From Raillietiella orientalis (taxonomy: Eukaryota): a stretch of DNA of 64,000 bases. The notes beneath the pieces were generated by a model. The model was not told the origin of the DNA. It ran no database searches and worked only from the letters and a program-made list of their open reading frames with translations. Made by a program: the position numbers and the translations under genes. Position 1 is the first letter of the stretch. Each line of letters begins with the position of its first letter. Shown piece after piece: positions 1 to 13,800 of this stretch. Where the stretch lies: the NCBI GenBank assembly GCA_036172245.1, contig JAYWIR010000027.1, positions 2,914,001 to 2,978,000 of the forward strand, read 5' to 3'.

Positions 1-1700
1 CCTCTTCGTTGCGCAACGCAGGTGGATTGCGCGCCTGCAGGTGCAAGCAGTCCAAGGACTCCTAGGGCTCTTTTTCCGGGAGCACCGCTGGCATCCTTGA
101 CACAGTCCGCTTTCGGTTCGAGTAGACCGGCACGTTTTCAGGCGGCTAGGACACGTCACCACCCCGTGGCGGGTTCATCGCCAGACGCCTGCAGGGGCAT
201 CTGCTGGCGCGAAGACAAACTGCGGGACAGCTGCTGAAGAAATCCTCTCCCCCTGGCCAGATTCAGATCTGCACGTCTGCATCACCTCAAGACGTCTCAG
301 AGGGTCCAGGAATGCGTGGAGGACGGGAGGCACCCCTAGCCAGATGGCGGCGTCAAATTCACGCACGCCGAGGCGGGGCGGCGTCCGTCCCTCCAGACGC
401 CCTGGGAAGCAGGAGAGGGGAGGCGCCAGAGTTCTCTGATGGGATGAGGAAGGGACGGGAGCGGTCGAGGATGAAGCATTCTCCCTATCCCTTCCGCTCT
501 GCTCACCTCTCCCGTTGCTCTCTCATACGAAGTTTGCTGCCCGCTCAGATGCGGCGATGGACCTTCGCGCTCCAAGTTTGCAGTTGCCAAGGGAAGCGCA
601 GAATGGAAGCACTGATCTTTTGGTAGGAAGAGCGTCCTGCTGTACCAACCTTCGGCTCACCCGCTCCCCTTCGCAACCTCCGGCGAAAGGGGATCGCGGA
701 ACCCACCTTTTTGGTCAAGAGGGGACCGACAGAAAGGGTGCAGGAGTGGGAGGAAGGAGTCCTGAGAAGGCTGTCGCCAGCCGCTCCTCGGGAGATACTG
801 GGGGATAGGGAGCAAGATCTCCAAGAGTGAGGGGAAGAAGGGCGACGGGCTGCAGTCGAGGACCTTTCCAGGAGGCTAAAGGACGCTTCCACCTGCCCTC
901 TGGAGGCTGCGCGCCGCGAACCAGCCGGATGCAGGATTGGTGGGGAAGCCCGCGTCCTTCTGGGTGGACGCGAGCCGCAGGTTCGGGGAACAGAGGGAGA
1001 ACGAGAGCGCGTAAAGGGGAGGGATCCCATGGATTCTCATGGAGGATGGAGCCCTTTTCTGAAGGCCTCTTCTAGGTCGAGCTCCGCCGCCCCACGCGGC
1101 GAGGAGTAGGAGGCACGCGCGATGTCCCTCCCGGGCTCATCTTCCTCGTGCTCATTCCTCCCACCCGTAAAGGGTCCTGAGGCAACAGGGAGTCCAGATG
1201 GGAGTGCTCGTCCTCTCGTCCTCCCTCGAGGGAGGTCACCTTCGAGGAACAGGGGTTGTCGTCCCCACTTTTCCCGATCCCCACGGCTGCCCTGCTCCGC
1301 GCTCCCGGTGAGCCCTGGACATCTCTGGGCGAGGCAGTCCGCTCAACACTCGCGGCCGGTTTCCCTCGCTCTTTGGCATCGACAAGCGAACCGTGGAGGA
1401 GATGGGACGAACGTCATGCAAGACGTCACGTTCCCTTGCCTCCGTTCCGTGGCTCTTCCCGTGTCGCGACTGCTGCTGCTGCTGCTGCTCGCGGTCTTTG
1501 TGCTTCTTCCCGACCATCTGCACCTCCTCTTCGTGCGTTTCCTTATCTCCTGGTAGTGCGCAGAAGGTGACGTGGGCCCGGGAAGGCTGGAGGTGGGGAA
1601 GGGACGACCAAAGACCCACACGTGATGGCCTCTCTGGCTCCGGGAGGAAAGGGGGAATCGGTAGCCAATCGGTCCGCAAGTTCTACTGTCTGCCGAGTCC
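1..1700. mobile_element. Eroded GC-rich non-LTR (L1/Tx1-like) retroelement relics
   Basis: GC-rich with no coherent spliced gene. Minus strand shows a possible degenerate zf-RVT-like stretch (GDDNPC...EDEHSHL, ~1200-1270). GTTCCCTTGCCTCCGTTCCG at ~1430 resembles the spacer motif at ~24626 and ~59686. Confidence 0.3.
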
Positions 1701-2619
1701 TCCGTCGGGAGGGGTGCGAGAGGAGGAGGTGGCGTGAATGCTCGGAGAGAATGGTGATAGCGAGAAACGAACCGAGAAGTTTCGTCCCACCTTCGAACTT
1801 GCGCATCTCTGAGTTCCTTTTCCTCACGGGGTGGGGGGGGCGTAGCAAAAATTATGGGCATGTGCCGAAAAGCCGTGAAGCTGTAGCATCGACCGTTGCG
1901 AGGCGAGACATGGGAAACGAGGACGATTATCAAACGCGATCAAAAATGCTTTAAAGCTTGGCATAACAGGTGTGCGGCGGCAGGAGGCATCGACTCCATT
2001 ACGTCGCAGTCTTTATACATCCCACATATTTTACTTACAGCGGGTTGTACCGTGTGCTTTTCAGGGACGGAGTATTCTTTCGCTACCTTCAAGTGGCTCG
2101 TCTTTATTGACAGGCTCCCGACTCCTCCAATGTTCCTTACCCTCGCACGGCAAAGGGAAGTTCGGACTTCAGAATCCCGTGTCGGGTGGAGCCGTTAACA
2201 GAACACATCAAACTTCCCGTTGAAAGACCCCCCTCTCCCGTGGGAAGCGATGTGAGGCACGCTTCTCAACAATGAGCAACTTCCGATGTTTCACTTCAGC
2301 GGACATGGATAAGACATATCCATGTCACACCGTTGGCAGTGATGCCATTATGTTGTGCAAATAGAACTTTCCTGATATTGTAGAAATTAGTATTACGTGA
2401 ATCTTGCACGAAAAAAACACACACAAAAAAAATCAAAGCATGAATTTGTAGTATTGGCATATATAGTTGATTTCCTGACAAGGCATCCCAACTAAATCAC
2501 TAAAACTGCGATAGCTTGCGAACATGGTTAGCTCTACGAATCGTCATCCATTTTCGCCAGCTATCGTAGTTTCAGTAATTGTGGCAATGAAAAGAACAAT
2601 TGTGGCTTATAAGAAAAGT

Positions 2620-2945
2620 CCTTTTCATCCCTGAATGACGAAATATCATAAATGCCTACCATTCGAGAAATTTCCCTTGGGACAAGATGAAAACATAAAG
2701 GGAAGAAAATTGAAAGTGTTGATTAATAATCATGATTTTTGAAGGATTAAACTCTTGAGTCCCAGAGGACTGTAGTCTCAGATGTAAGAGGAATTTTATG
2801 TTTGGGAAAATCAAAATACATATCCTTTAATATCTGAAAATTTTCCTACAAACAGTGTGTTATTGGACTCTTGTTGCCATTGATGGTAAACATCTTCCTG
2901 CCTGGCCTCAAGGTTCTGTGTTATCATATCACTGCGTGTAAGAGA
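2620..2945 (+). pseudogene. Possible degenerate PIF/Harbinger DDE transposase fragment
   Basis: Translation LVAIDGKHLPAWPQGS (~2869-2916), preceded by ENFP in another frame, resembles the Harbinger FPxCxGAIDGKH motif. Stops and frameshifts on both sides. Confidence 0.3.
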
Positions 2946-4249
2946 TTCGTTCCAATTTCGCACCCGTCACTTAACGATGAGGACAAAAGGAACGCAATTC
3001 AAGCATTTTCCTTCGATTTTCCTTTCTTTCTGAGAAGGCTGAGAGTTGCTATTTGAACTCATATCCTTGTTTGAATTTTGGAATCACACCAATTTGAGGA
3101 TATTGAAAACTTTCCCGTAAGGTCTCACGGTTTTGCCAGTTTAAATTTGCGTTTCTCATGGAGGATGGAGTGGGCGAGGTGGGAGGGGAAGGAAGGAGGT
3201 TGCCTACCCTAAAATACTGTTTTCAAGCTGAAGTTCACGACTCCAAATGCAGACGAGTGAGTGTTCCGACTCGCGTCTGTTTCCGCACGCCGTCTATTCC
3301 ATGCACAGGTTGGTTGACAGTGCATTGTCTTCATATGAAAAAAATACACCAAGTTTTGCCATTATTGTTTCACGTTTATTTATCCATCATTGATTGAAGG
3401 AATAAGGGCGTCTTCACGAAGGAAATGTTCTCTTTCCTTTTTTTTTGCTTTACCAACTGCATCCCGATCGTCAGTCTGCACACAAAAAATCTTCCAATTC
3501 CGGCATGCAGTCAACCTCTACCAGTTTTGGTGAAGCACTACTGGTTTTTTGAGTAAATCCTGAACTTGAAGATTGTTTTTTTTTTCTTCTGGACGCTCGC
3601 TTTTCTCTGTAGTTGAAAGCAACAGTGGCCCTTCAACTCTGCTTCATTTAGAATTTTAGGCTTCAACTGTCGATCACTTCCCTTTGAGTGCTCCTAATCT
3701 TTCCTGCTCAAGTAATGATCGATGATATTTACAAGGTGCGTTGGCCCGTGAACCGCGTGTGGAACTTCTCAACTAGCGATAAACTTTTTTTTTTTTTGGC
3801 TTTTCCATCCAGCTTGTTGAAGCTCAACCGCAGCAGCTAGTGAACAGCTGCTGTCTGTGGCAGCATGCCATTGAGTAGCTTCCGTGGCAACAACTCGCCT
3901 CTGCAATGTCTGTCTCGTTGGTAGCATTCCCTGCACGAAACTCTCATCTGCTACCTTCATATTCTTCTCTTCTTTCTCTCGCAATTTACTTCTTACGGCT
4001 CGGAGATTGTTTGGAAGAAGAGGACGTTAGACGATCAGAAAAATCCTGCTCGCATGCTATCCAAAGAGAATGAGAATTGAGCATTGCCGCACTGAATGTA
4101 GAGTGTCGCGTCCATCTCACAGATCTTCCCAGGATCATGAAATATGGGAGTGAAAAAAGAGGAGGAAATGTACATATGTCTCCCGTTAACCCTGTAAGCC
4201 CCTCATCGGTCAGGTTACGCTTGCAAACAGTATGGCCTAGTAATATTGA

Positions 4250-4450
4250 AATTTACTAAAGCAATCGAAAGAATCCATTCTTCTAAAGAGATTCATCTCT
4301 GAAGGTAAAGGATGGTTTCTAACAGTGTCTCGAAGAGGATGCATTTCGTGTCATTAGAAGATCTGTGCGCCGCTTTTTGAGGAATCCCTAATTCTTAAAG
4401 GAGTTCCTTCTTCGGTGAGCCAGCTTCCCGCGATGAACTTCGGCTCCCCT
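4250..4450 (-). mobile_element. Possible CR1/L2-type LINE 3' fragment
   Basis: Minus-strand KRRTDLLMT and LPSE fragments resemble the CR1 ORF2 C-terminus (RR.R.DLI..YK ... LP.EVV). Very degenerate. Confidence 0.2.
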
Positions 4451-5173
4451 GGAAGAATTCATCTTTTCCATTCCTTTATAAACTTGCAAGAGTACTCGGC
4501 AATTTTGTCTGTAAACGTAACCTAACAGATAAATGTCAACTCGCTTTCACTCATTAGATAGTAACAGCAGCTTTATTTGTTTATTTGTTCAGCTTTATTT
4601 GTTTTTGGCATTATCAGCCTTAGGTAATTGAAACTATTTGCTATGTACTATTTTTGTTTATCACAAGTGTGAAGCGTGCACTAAATCTGACAAAATGGCG
4701 GGAAATTTTAAAGGCTTACGAAACCATGGGTGAGGCAGGTAGAAAGAGATAAAAACACAAATAGGTAGACTGCTTAGACTAACGAGAGCCAAACGGCACC
4801 AGATGCCTGATTTTCTGAAGCTCAACCTTCCTGCAAGTAACGGCTGATAGTGCTGGAGCAAACTTTCTCCGAAGGCTTCGCTGCCTACCTGGCTCCCACA
4901 TTTAGGAGCTGCCATTCCGTTTATACGAACGACGGAAACCTCTAGCAAATTGGCAAATCAGGTAATAAATTGACCAATGCATTTGTATCTGATGTTTATT
5001 TACACCGATACACAGCCTATAATTTGTCCGCACAGTTAATTTAAAATAAACGTTAGTGATTGCTTCTGAATTGAGATCAAACACGGTCACAAGCCACGCT
5101 CTGTATTAACCAAAGTGATAGGAAACTGAATATGCTTTTCATACTTTCGGTATACTTTAAATTTCCACGGAAG

Positions 5174-8090
5174 CTATTTCAGTTTTCTCGATGGAATTCG
5201 CCCTTTTGACTGTGGTAATTGCATTCTGCTTTGTGCATATGCCTTTGCTTTCTCGCCACAACCATGCACTTCGGGCAACTGATGCACAAAACAGTGCTTC
5301 TTCATGCAATGCCGACATACTATTCCTACAAACGAAACGCTCAAGGAACACTTGTGAAAGCAGCAAATATCTTTTTTTGCCTTCTCGACCTGCTTGGAAG
5401 TGACGTTACTCTCGAAAAGTAAGGCGGAAATGCTTTCTTTTCCCACGTCCGTTTCGTACTTCGAACTTGGAGTCGATGAACGATCGAAGGCATCGTTGCG
5501 TGCAGCTACTTGAAAGGCACTCTTCGGCTCTTGTTGAATCCTCTGCTGCCTTCCGCCATTTCCCGATAAACTCGATTCAGACTTCTCGATTGCATCGTCC
5601 GTGCACAAGAGTTCCCATCTAATTGTTCTTTCATCTTGAAAGAAATTGTGTTCACGAAATAAGATTTCTGTCCTAAGCACGCTACATTCCACGCATTCAT
5701 CATAACACTGGTTGGGAACACGAGGTGTGGAACTATGAAATTTACACAAAAGAGTCTCAACCGGAAAAAATTCTTCCTGTCCATTTTGAGCATCGCTTTT
5801 GCTTTCCTGGCATTTTTTCCACTTAGCACCATGTTTCTGACTTTTACCCCTTACGTTATTCTCAGACAGATTGTCCAGCTTTTGCATTAGCAGTTCCTGC
5901 ACTGGGTAATTTCTATTGCCAACACTAGAAGAGTAGCTTGCAGCAGACTTTACTTCACCCTGCTGTTGCATCCAGTCAAGCAAGCCACGAATGAACACAT
6001 TTGCTGCTACAGTGTTACTGTCTCCTATAACACATAAGTGTCGTCTGGCTCTGGTAACAGCTACATTCATTCTGCGTTCGTCGGCAAGGAAACCCATCTC
6101 TTTTTTGTCATTAGAACGCACCAACGAAATGATCAAGGCTTCTTTCTCACGCCCTTGAAATCCATCTACCGACTTAACCTCCACCATATTCCAGGCTGCA
6201 AGCTTTATTCTGATAAGGGACACTTGCAGGCTGTAAGGAGTCACAACAGCAATATCTTCCTGCCTGATACCATTGGTCAACAGATGCTGAACATGAAAAA
6301 GAACTATGTCGGCTTCTCCATGATTTCCATAAGATGTGTATCCATCAATAATAATGTCATGAAAATCACAACCTGCTGTGTCCACAAACAATAATGCAGT
6401 GCCTGCAAAACTGAAGTAGACCGAGTATAAAAGGGTTTCCCATACTCAATGAATTGGTTTTTGCAACCCCAGGCAGATCCTGCAGTAAGTGTCCAGCTAC
6501 TTGAGGATGGGCTTCAAGTTTTCCTCCATACATGTGCTGAGAAGGCCAGTGCATGATGTCAGCATTCATGCGATGCTGAAGATTCAAAACAGATACACAG
6601 CTATCAATGCCTGACATCTGCATCATTCGCTCCATCAAAGAAAGAGAGAGTCCTTGTGCAGCTGCTTCCAGTGATTTGACTGTTGGTGGAAGTTGCATAG
6701 GGTCCCCAGCAAGAATAGCTTTAGAAGCATTAGTTAGCACAAGCCAAGAGGCTGCTTCCACAGCTTGGGAGCACTCATCAACAACAACTATCTCATAAGG
6801 AGATTTTTCCATAAGTCCATATTCATTGGCTCCCATCAGTGTAGAGAGAACCACATTACTCCACATCAAGATCTTCCAAGCAGCCTGACGCTCAAAATGC
6901 CTTTGGTTGCAGCGGAGTTTCTTCAAATGTATCATCTCACTTTTTCCAACATGTGAATGAGGGGAACGCAGCTGAGCAATATAATCATCAACACTCCTAC
7001 GCATGAGTTCCACTAATTTGCCCTTGTCACTGCGCATCAAAAGTGCATCCATTGTATGCTGCTGCACAGATAAGGAGACACGAGCAGTTTGACCTAGACG
7101 AACCATGCGTACTTCAGGTTTTTGATGAAGCTTTTCCACCAGATTATCAACAGCCAGATTAGAAGCACCACAGACCAATACCTGCAGGATGATGCACACT
7201 CCTGCATTGAGGCAAGACCTACTTTCTTTCCCTGATGAATAAGCTGCAGAATTATTTCCACTAGCACCGTTGTCTTCCCTGTTCCAGGAGGACCATGAAT
7301 AAGGGCAAGTTCTTCTTGGCACAGAGCAGAAATCACTGCATTCTTTTGACTTTCATTTAAAGAAGAATTGAACCATGCATACTCCTTAGAATGCTCAGCT
7401 ATGCTAGGTTTTTTAAGTCCCATAAGCACAGAATGAAGACTGCAGAGTGACTTTACTTTACTGGATTGCTTGAGATTCTTGAGATTTCTGAAATAAACAT
7501 TAACCAAGCTAGATACAGATTCATCACTAACCGCATCATGATTTGGTGGGTGAAATTACTGAATCCTCTGTGTAACTCATAGGATGAAACATTACACTCA
7601 GGGAGCTTATCGATATCACGGAAAGACACAGAGATACTATCAGAGCTAACATTGCACACCATCCCCAAGTTGAATCCAGCAGAAACACCATTGCATTCCA
7701 CATCAACCAAATCTCCTGAGAAAATGCATCAACAAAATGGCCTCAGTGCAACGACATCTAATGAACATAATGCATTATGAGTAACTGCAACTAAGTCACA
7801 CAGATCAGAAACACAAGTATTCATCCAGAGACCAAAGAAACCCCAGCATGCTGCCTCAATGTACCTGGTGCAAACTTGTGAGGTGGCAACATGTGCCTGT
7901 TCTTTCTCTCAAAAGTGAAAATGGAGCTGCCACACAATCCAGATCTTATATCTGTCAAACACAGTTTACAAATACATAGACCCTGTAAAGCTAACTCTTG
8001 TGGTGATTTTCTCATCAACATAAATTCCTTTCTTTCAGCTTCTTTTTCTAGCTGCAGAAGCCGTAACTGCTTTTCAATCCATTCATCCAT
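5174..8090 (-). CDS. IGHMBP2: DNA/RNA helicase SMUBP-2 (UPF1-like SF1 helicase with C-terminal AN1 zinc finger), 5 exons
   Basis: MDEWIEKQLRLLQLEKEAE N-terminus, Walker A HGPPGTGKT, ASNLAVDNL, VVDECSQA, LAGDPMQLPP, SVDGFQGREKE, RRMNVAVTRAR and AN1 finger CRHCMKKHCFVHQLPEVHGCG. GT-AG introns at ~7864-7716 plus three of ~41-44 nt (~7531-7488, ~7222-7182, ~6444-6402) join the ORF pieces. Confidence 0.95.
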
Positions 8091-8123
8091 CAGCAATCAA
8101 TTATTTTATTAATATGCAGTACT

Positions 8124-9609
8124 CTACAAGAGATAAGATTTAATGGGACTGCAATGAACCTCCAACACTATATGATCCACATGAGGCCCAAAGCTCTTAA
8201 TATGCAACAACTGTAATGGAGTCACAGTCCATTCCCTACAATGAATGGAAGCCAAAATGCTTTCAAGATGACTGCAAGTTTTGGCTTGCCACTGCTCCCA
8301 TGCTTTGTGCTTGTTCCTATCATAAGCATCAACGTTATTATGAATAACCAGCACACCCCCAGTGCTGACTTTAAGAGCTAAGCATGCTGTTTCCCATGCA
8401 AATTCACTGGATGGCAGAATTCCCAAATTTACTCGATCAGCTATATTGGTGGGGCAGACCTAAAACAAATACAGTCTTCAGTACTTTGATTCCATAAAGG
8501 AAATGGTTACTAGCTTCACACAGTTATGAGAAAGCCATCAGCTCAAGCCAAGTTTCAAATATCTCCTAGCAGTCATTTACCTTCCTACAATCCCCCTGAT
8601 GAATAGTGCAACGGTCAGCCATCATATTTTTCTCCAAATTCAGCTGAAGGGCCTTGACAGCATGTCCATTCCATTCACAGGCATGGACATGAAGGGCTTG
8701 TGCTTTCACTAGATAAGGAAGAGTGAAATAACCAATGCCAGCAAACAGATCCACAACCACTTGATTGCAGAGGTCAAGGCAAGCTAATCGCAATCTTTCC
8801 TTGACATTATTGGAGCTAAACATGCATTGTCCAGCATCCCAAGCATAACTGTAACTTAATCATTGAGCAAAACTTTGTTACAAGCAAACCTTATCCCATT
8901 TTCATAGTGAGTGACCCAAGTGTTGTTCCCATGCAGCAAAGTGAGACTAGGAGTTCGGTAATCATCATTTTGAATTCTTCCATACTTTGCTATTGTCTGG
9001 CAGTGCAGTACATCACATATTGCTTGCCAAATACCCGCGGCTAACAACAATACCAAGTCTGTTCTACATTATTGCTCTTACCAGTATGCCAAGCAGAACT
9101 TTCAAAGCTGCCTTCTGGTACTAGCACCAAGTTACCATACTTTTCCCACTTGCAAGGTATCTCATGTACCAGTTCTTCTTTCCAAAGTCCATTTTCTAGA
9201 AGTATCCTTTTTACTGAGCCATGAATTTTCTGAAAGGGATTTTTTTTTTTTGGATTTTCTGGAAGCTCTCTCTCAGTAATGCTGAACTTTATGCCATGAA
9301 ATATTGGATTCCCATCACATGTGGATAAAAAGTCAGAAGAATCATGAGAAAGAGGTAGAAATACTGTATCCGCTTCGCATAATATTTTCCTGTGACAATC
9401 CAACAAGGACATGCTCCTCAAAACTTTCCTAAAACCACAGAAGCATTCCTTATTCGATTCTTCAGAACATTATTGATACACATATTTAATTCTCATGCAT
9501 CCGCATTGGACATGAAAAAATATAATCACCTCAACGACTCACAGTGAACAGCAGGTACGGCAATACATTTGTGTCTGCTTTCATCTTTGCTTTGAATGTG
9601 TTCCTCCAT
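8124..9609 (-). CDS. TRMT12: tRNA wybutosine-synthesizing protein 2 (Met10+/Trm5-like fold), 5 exons
   Basis: IPCKWEKYGNLVL, DDYRTPSLTLLHG, HYENGIRY, MFSSNNVKERLR, VVDLFAGIGYFTLPYLV, ADRVNLGILPSSE and IKSFGPHVDHIVL. ATG at 9609, GT-AG introns (~9529-9429, two of ~41 nt, one of ~120 nt), TAG at 8126-8124. Confidence 0.93.
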
Positions 9610-10699
9610 GCTAATTAACTAGTTTATATTTCTTAAGGGGAGTATCGGTATAAATTAGCGTTCAAAGGTAATTTACTACTTCAGTTGGTTTTTAAGCGAT
9701 TCAAGTTCGCAGTTCTCTTCTGAACCTTGCGATTTTTTCATATGCGTCTGAGCTGTGATGAATGCAAGCCATGACACTACATCCTTTGCACGCGACCGCA
9801 ACACGCATTCAAGCAATGCGCTCCATGCCTTCCTTATTGCTCGTCACGTTATCTTATACCGACCATTCGCTACCTAGAGCTAGGAGCATCAGTAATGCCA
9901 ACATGTTGCAAAAAAAATTGAAAATAACAATCAAATAGCACTAGAACTACATCATGTATAATCATGTACTACTTTATGAGAAAAAAACACCATAATGGAT
10001 CTGATTTTGATGAAGATCATGAAAAATATATTAAATGCTGATTTGAAACACTGATCAGTAGTAACTTACATGAAAAGACCGTCGGTATTTCTTTTGTCTC
10101 TCTCTTTTGAAATTCAAGAACAAACCATCACTTTTCATGTATTCTAAAAGATCCAACGTATACTTTTTGCATTTAAAGTTGCATTCACTTTTAATTTGTC
10201 ATATACTTTGATTCTGCAGCATTTTGTTTCCTCTCGCATAATATGACAGCCATTTACAATCCATATCAGATTAGGCAAGTGGAACTCAGATGCTCCATCG
10301 GATCCACTTTATTTAAAGAAATCATAAACCCTAAAAAAATCTGGTATCAAGTAACTTATTGAAAGCGGATAGTGGAATTCGACGTTATTACTATGTCATT
10401 TGTAACTGTAGTGCTTAAATGCTTAATTTCCATCTCTGTATTGTTTGTAGAACAATGATGCATTGATTAAGCCATTGAACTGTTTAAATTGCAAAAGATT
10501 TTGTGATGAAAACCTTTTTGTTGAGTCTCATTTCGGACTGAATGGATAAATTCTTACGTGGATTGCCTTTGTTTCAAATCACTTGAGCGGATAAGTAATT
10601 TCGGAGTATCGTTTTTAGTTTCAACAAAATCAACAAGCATGACACAATTGCACAATCGTTCAATGCTGACCTTCGACCAAACCTCCTCCCCTGTACCCG

Positions 10700-11250
10700 T
10701 CCCGCCTCCGCTGTCTTCTGCGCTTTTCACTCTTCTATTTCGCCTTTTCCGAGAGGCTCCCGGCTTACCTAAATGCGACCGCGAGGTTCCTCCGGAAACG
10801 ACCGGGTGCCAGTCGTTTCTACGCCCCGGGGCTTGGGGGATTGCTGCTTGCGCTCTTCAGCGAGAGACGCTTACGCAGCCCGAGCCGCCCCGCCCCAGGT
10901 TTGGAATTCCTCAGTAGCATCCCCTCGCAGAGATCTCCTTAAAGAAAATGGAAAATAACGAAAAGCAGGAAAAAACAAAAGACGAAGAAGGAGGCCCTCA
11001 AGAACGGTCGGCCAGTGCAGAAGGAGAGAAGGAAGCGCTCCCGAATTCGGCAAAGCGGAGGAGGTCACGTTCCCGATTAGAAGTGAGTGGACCGTCCTTC
11101 TTGCACAACGTCTCGATCTCTCCTTATCGTTTCGGCGTCCGCGTTCCCTTGGCAAGCTGCTGGCCGCACTCCTTCGAGAAGATGAAGATGACAGCGCTAG
11201 GAAGCAGAGGTGTGGGCAAAGCACGGCGCTTGCGAAGCCGCTGCCGAAGG
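10700..11250 (-). mobile_element. Relic of the GC-rich L1/Tx1-like family (ORF2 end plus T-rich spacer)
   Basis: Minus strand GAAGGAGTGCGGCCAGCAGC...CCGAAACGAT followed by a T-rich tract resembles plus-strand 51797-51915 (GAAGGAGACGGCCAGCATC...CCGAAACGAT plus T-rich tract). Confidence 0.35.
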
Positions 11251-13379
11251 CGAGCGAGTTCCTCCTTCACAGAGGGAGAATTCAGATTGGTCTCACAGAC
11301 GCAACATCGCCCACAGGAAAAGCTACCAGAAGCGAAAAGGAAAAAAAAACTGTCTGGTCAGTTTCGGTTGCACACAGAGCAAGCTGAACCGAAGATGCAG
11401 AGTCAGATGGCACCGGAGATTGAATGCTTCTTTGAGAGACTCGCAGAAGAGGGAATCTTCGCAAATTTCTCTCCCCTTTCCTTGCTCCCTCACGTGTGCG
11501 GGAGGAAACAGATGCAAAGGACACTTGCTCGGTCGTCGTCAACGTTTGGAGAGTTGATCCACGAAACACTCACTGCAACGGGATGAGATCATGAAGAGAG
11601 AGAGTCTTTCAGAAAAACTACGTCTGTAGGGACAACCCAGTGAGTGGTTCGGTCCATCCGCGATCAACGGAGTGAGCCACCCAGTGACCGAGGACTGCCA
11701 GAGGTTCAGCAAAAAATTATGTATGTAAAACTGCAGAGCTGCATTGGGAAATTGCATCATCAGCATCCCTTACGCGCTAAAAGTATTCGGATGTCAAGCA
11801 TGACGTCAGCAGCTAAAAAACAGCAGCTTTTTATTACATGACGATCCTCGAGTCGAAAAAAAATTCATGGAATTCTCAGGAGACTATGAGAGGGCGATCA
11901 AATCCACTTATTTTGAAGTGCTGAGATAACGTCAAGTGGGATGTTATAATGGATTTTACATAAAGAGATCCATGTGCGTACTCAATGCGGAAAAGATACT
12001 GAGGTCCCGATTGCACTTAATTTATGGGAAAATTTGGTGTTCTTCGTTATTTCCAAATTGGAGGAGATCCCATGAAGATTGTTAGGGGACAAATCCAAGA
12101 TCACCAAACTTGTGCTCGAAAGTGTGTTTACTATGGAATCAATCAAAAGCATGTTTGCAAACAGACTAAATGCGTTTCACCAGACTAAAGAAAGTGTCAT
12201 CGACGTTTTCCTGACATTTGATAAAGGAGACAGAAATACTCCTGAAGCAGTCAGAAAGGACACAGAGTTTCAAAGCGAATCTAAAGAGGTTGATGGAAAG
12301 GAATTTTACAATGAGAAAAAATTCTAAAAGCCAAAAAATTTTCGATTTGAGTCAGGAAAAATGTCTCAAATCTGATGGTTTCCATTTGGGAACATTCCCT
12401 TCCAAAACTCAATTTTGGGCCAAAAACAATCGTAGGTGCTCTTGGTGAAACAGAATTCCCTCTGAATTCTACGAAGCAGATCTGGAATAATTCAACGACC
12501 ACGAATAAGTTTGAAGTTTCATTAGCATGGATAACCATCAACTCTTATAAAAACGGCGAATTAGGGATTCATAAGCTTTCGTGGAAATTCCGTTCCACCC
12601 TCTACGTCGCAACTGGGTTGCGATTTCGTCTGAAAACGATCGAAAAAGGAACAGAAAGAAGACAAAACCATCCTCGGCCATTCCACTGGTGGTCCTTTCT
12701 TCTAGCATCACGTGGTGCTCTTACTTGTACTATCCTACTTGCTTCATACCCTTATTATGTGAAGATTCCATCACTTTTTTCATATCTGCTTCCAAACAGA
12801 TGATTCCTACGTGCATGTGCAACCATTCATTTCATGTTCAAACTGATGTACGTGCCACTTGATAAATGGGGAAACGGAAGCGTGTATATCAGGCTTTCCC
12901 CTCTTCTCGAACAATCACTTAAATAGAGCTGTAGGAAAAAGGAAAGAACGAATGACTAAGTTGACTAAAGCTACTGTTGATCTTTTTTTATTTGCTAAGG
13001 GGTGCTGTGCTGGTAAATGCTGTTGCCTGCGATGAAAAATTTCTCGTTCGTGTGTTTTTCACAGCCATTTTACGCTGCTATTAATCTGAAATACTGCAAG
13101 GATAATTAGGATTTCTCAGGATTTTCGGGCACTCTCACGGAGGCGTTGGACGATTAAGGAGACGAACGATTTTCCCATCATTTCGCACAGTCAGCAAATT
13201 CGGCTCCTAATTAAAAAAAAAAAAGAAAAGAAAAGAAAAAAAAAAGTTCCCTGATTATTCCCGAACACGTGCGGTAATTGGTGGGGCATTGCAAATTATT
13301 ACACTTATCTCGATTAGCGTGTACCTCTTTCGCTCTTGAATGCAAGATCTTCCAAAGGCATTCCCTATTCCGCAAACGT

Positions 13380-13800
13380 TGTGAAATCTGCAGGTGTTCA
13401 CACCAGGTATTATCTATATCAAGTGATGCTGCGTCGGGGATCACTAAGTTCGTAGTTTATGGTGTGCTTTAAGTTGAGCTGATGCACGTGATCGGATCTG
13501 GAGCTTGTTAACACTCTCTGCCCGGTACATCCAGAAATGGTGAGGGACTTCAAGGCATGCATTGTACCATTGTATTGCAGTGTAGATTACATAGTGGAAT
13601 ACATCGTGTTCCTAGTGATGTGTGAATGTGCACGCGGAGGTTTTCGTGGGGGTTGGTGTGCATGGATCGAACGAGAAGATTCTGGTGACGGTTCTGGTGA
13701 TACAAATGTGGAATTGGACCCGTCGATGAAAAGGAATGCCATCAGAAAGTTCGAACGTTGCCGTATTCCATTATATGCTAGTCCAGAAATTACCATTGTT
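13380..13800 (-). mobile_element. Possible BEL/Pao LTR-retrotransposon aspartic protease relic
   Basis: AFLFIDGSNSTFVS, then KSLTISGCTGQ...HQLNLK and LVIPD...WCEHL across frameshifts, resembles the BEL/Pao peptidase pattern. Confidence 0.3.

Noticed and set aside
8091..8126. Stop-codon readthrough fusing TYW2 and IGHMBP2 (same frame, 33-nt gap)
   Set aside because: A second in-frame stop (TAA at 8111-8109) lies in the gap.
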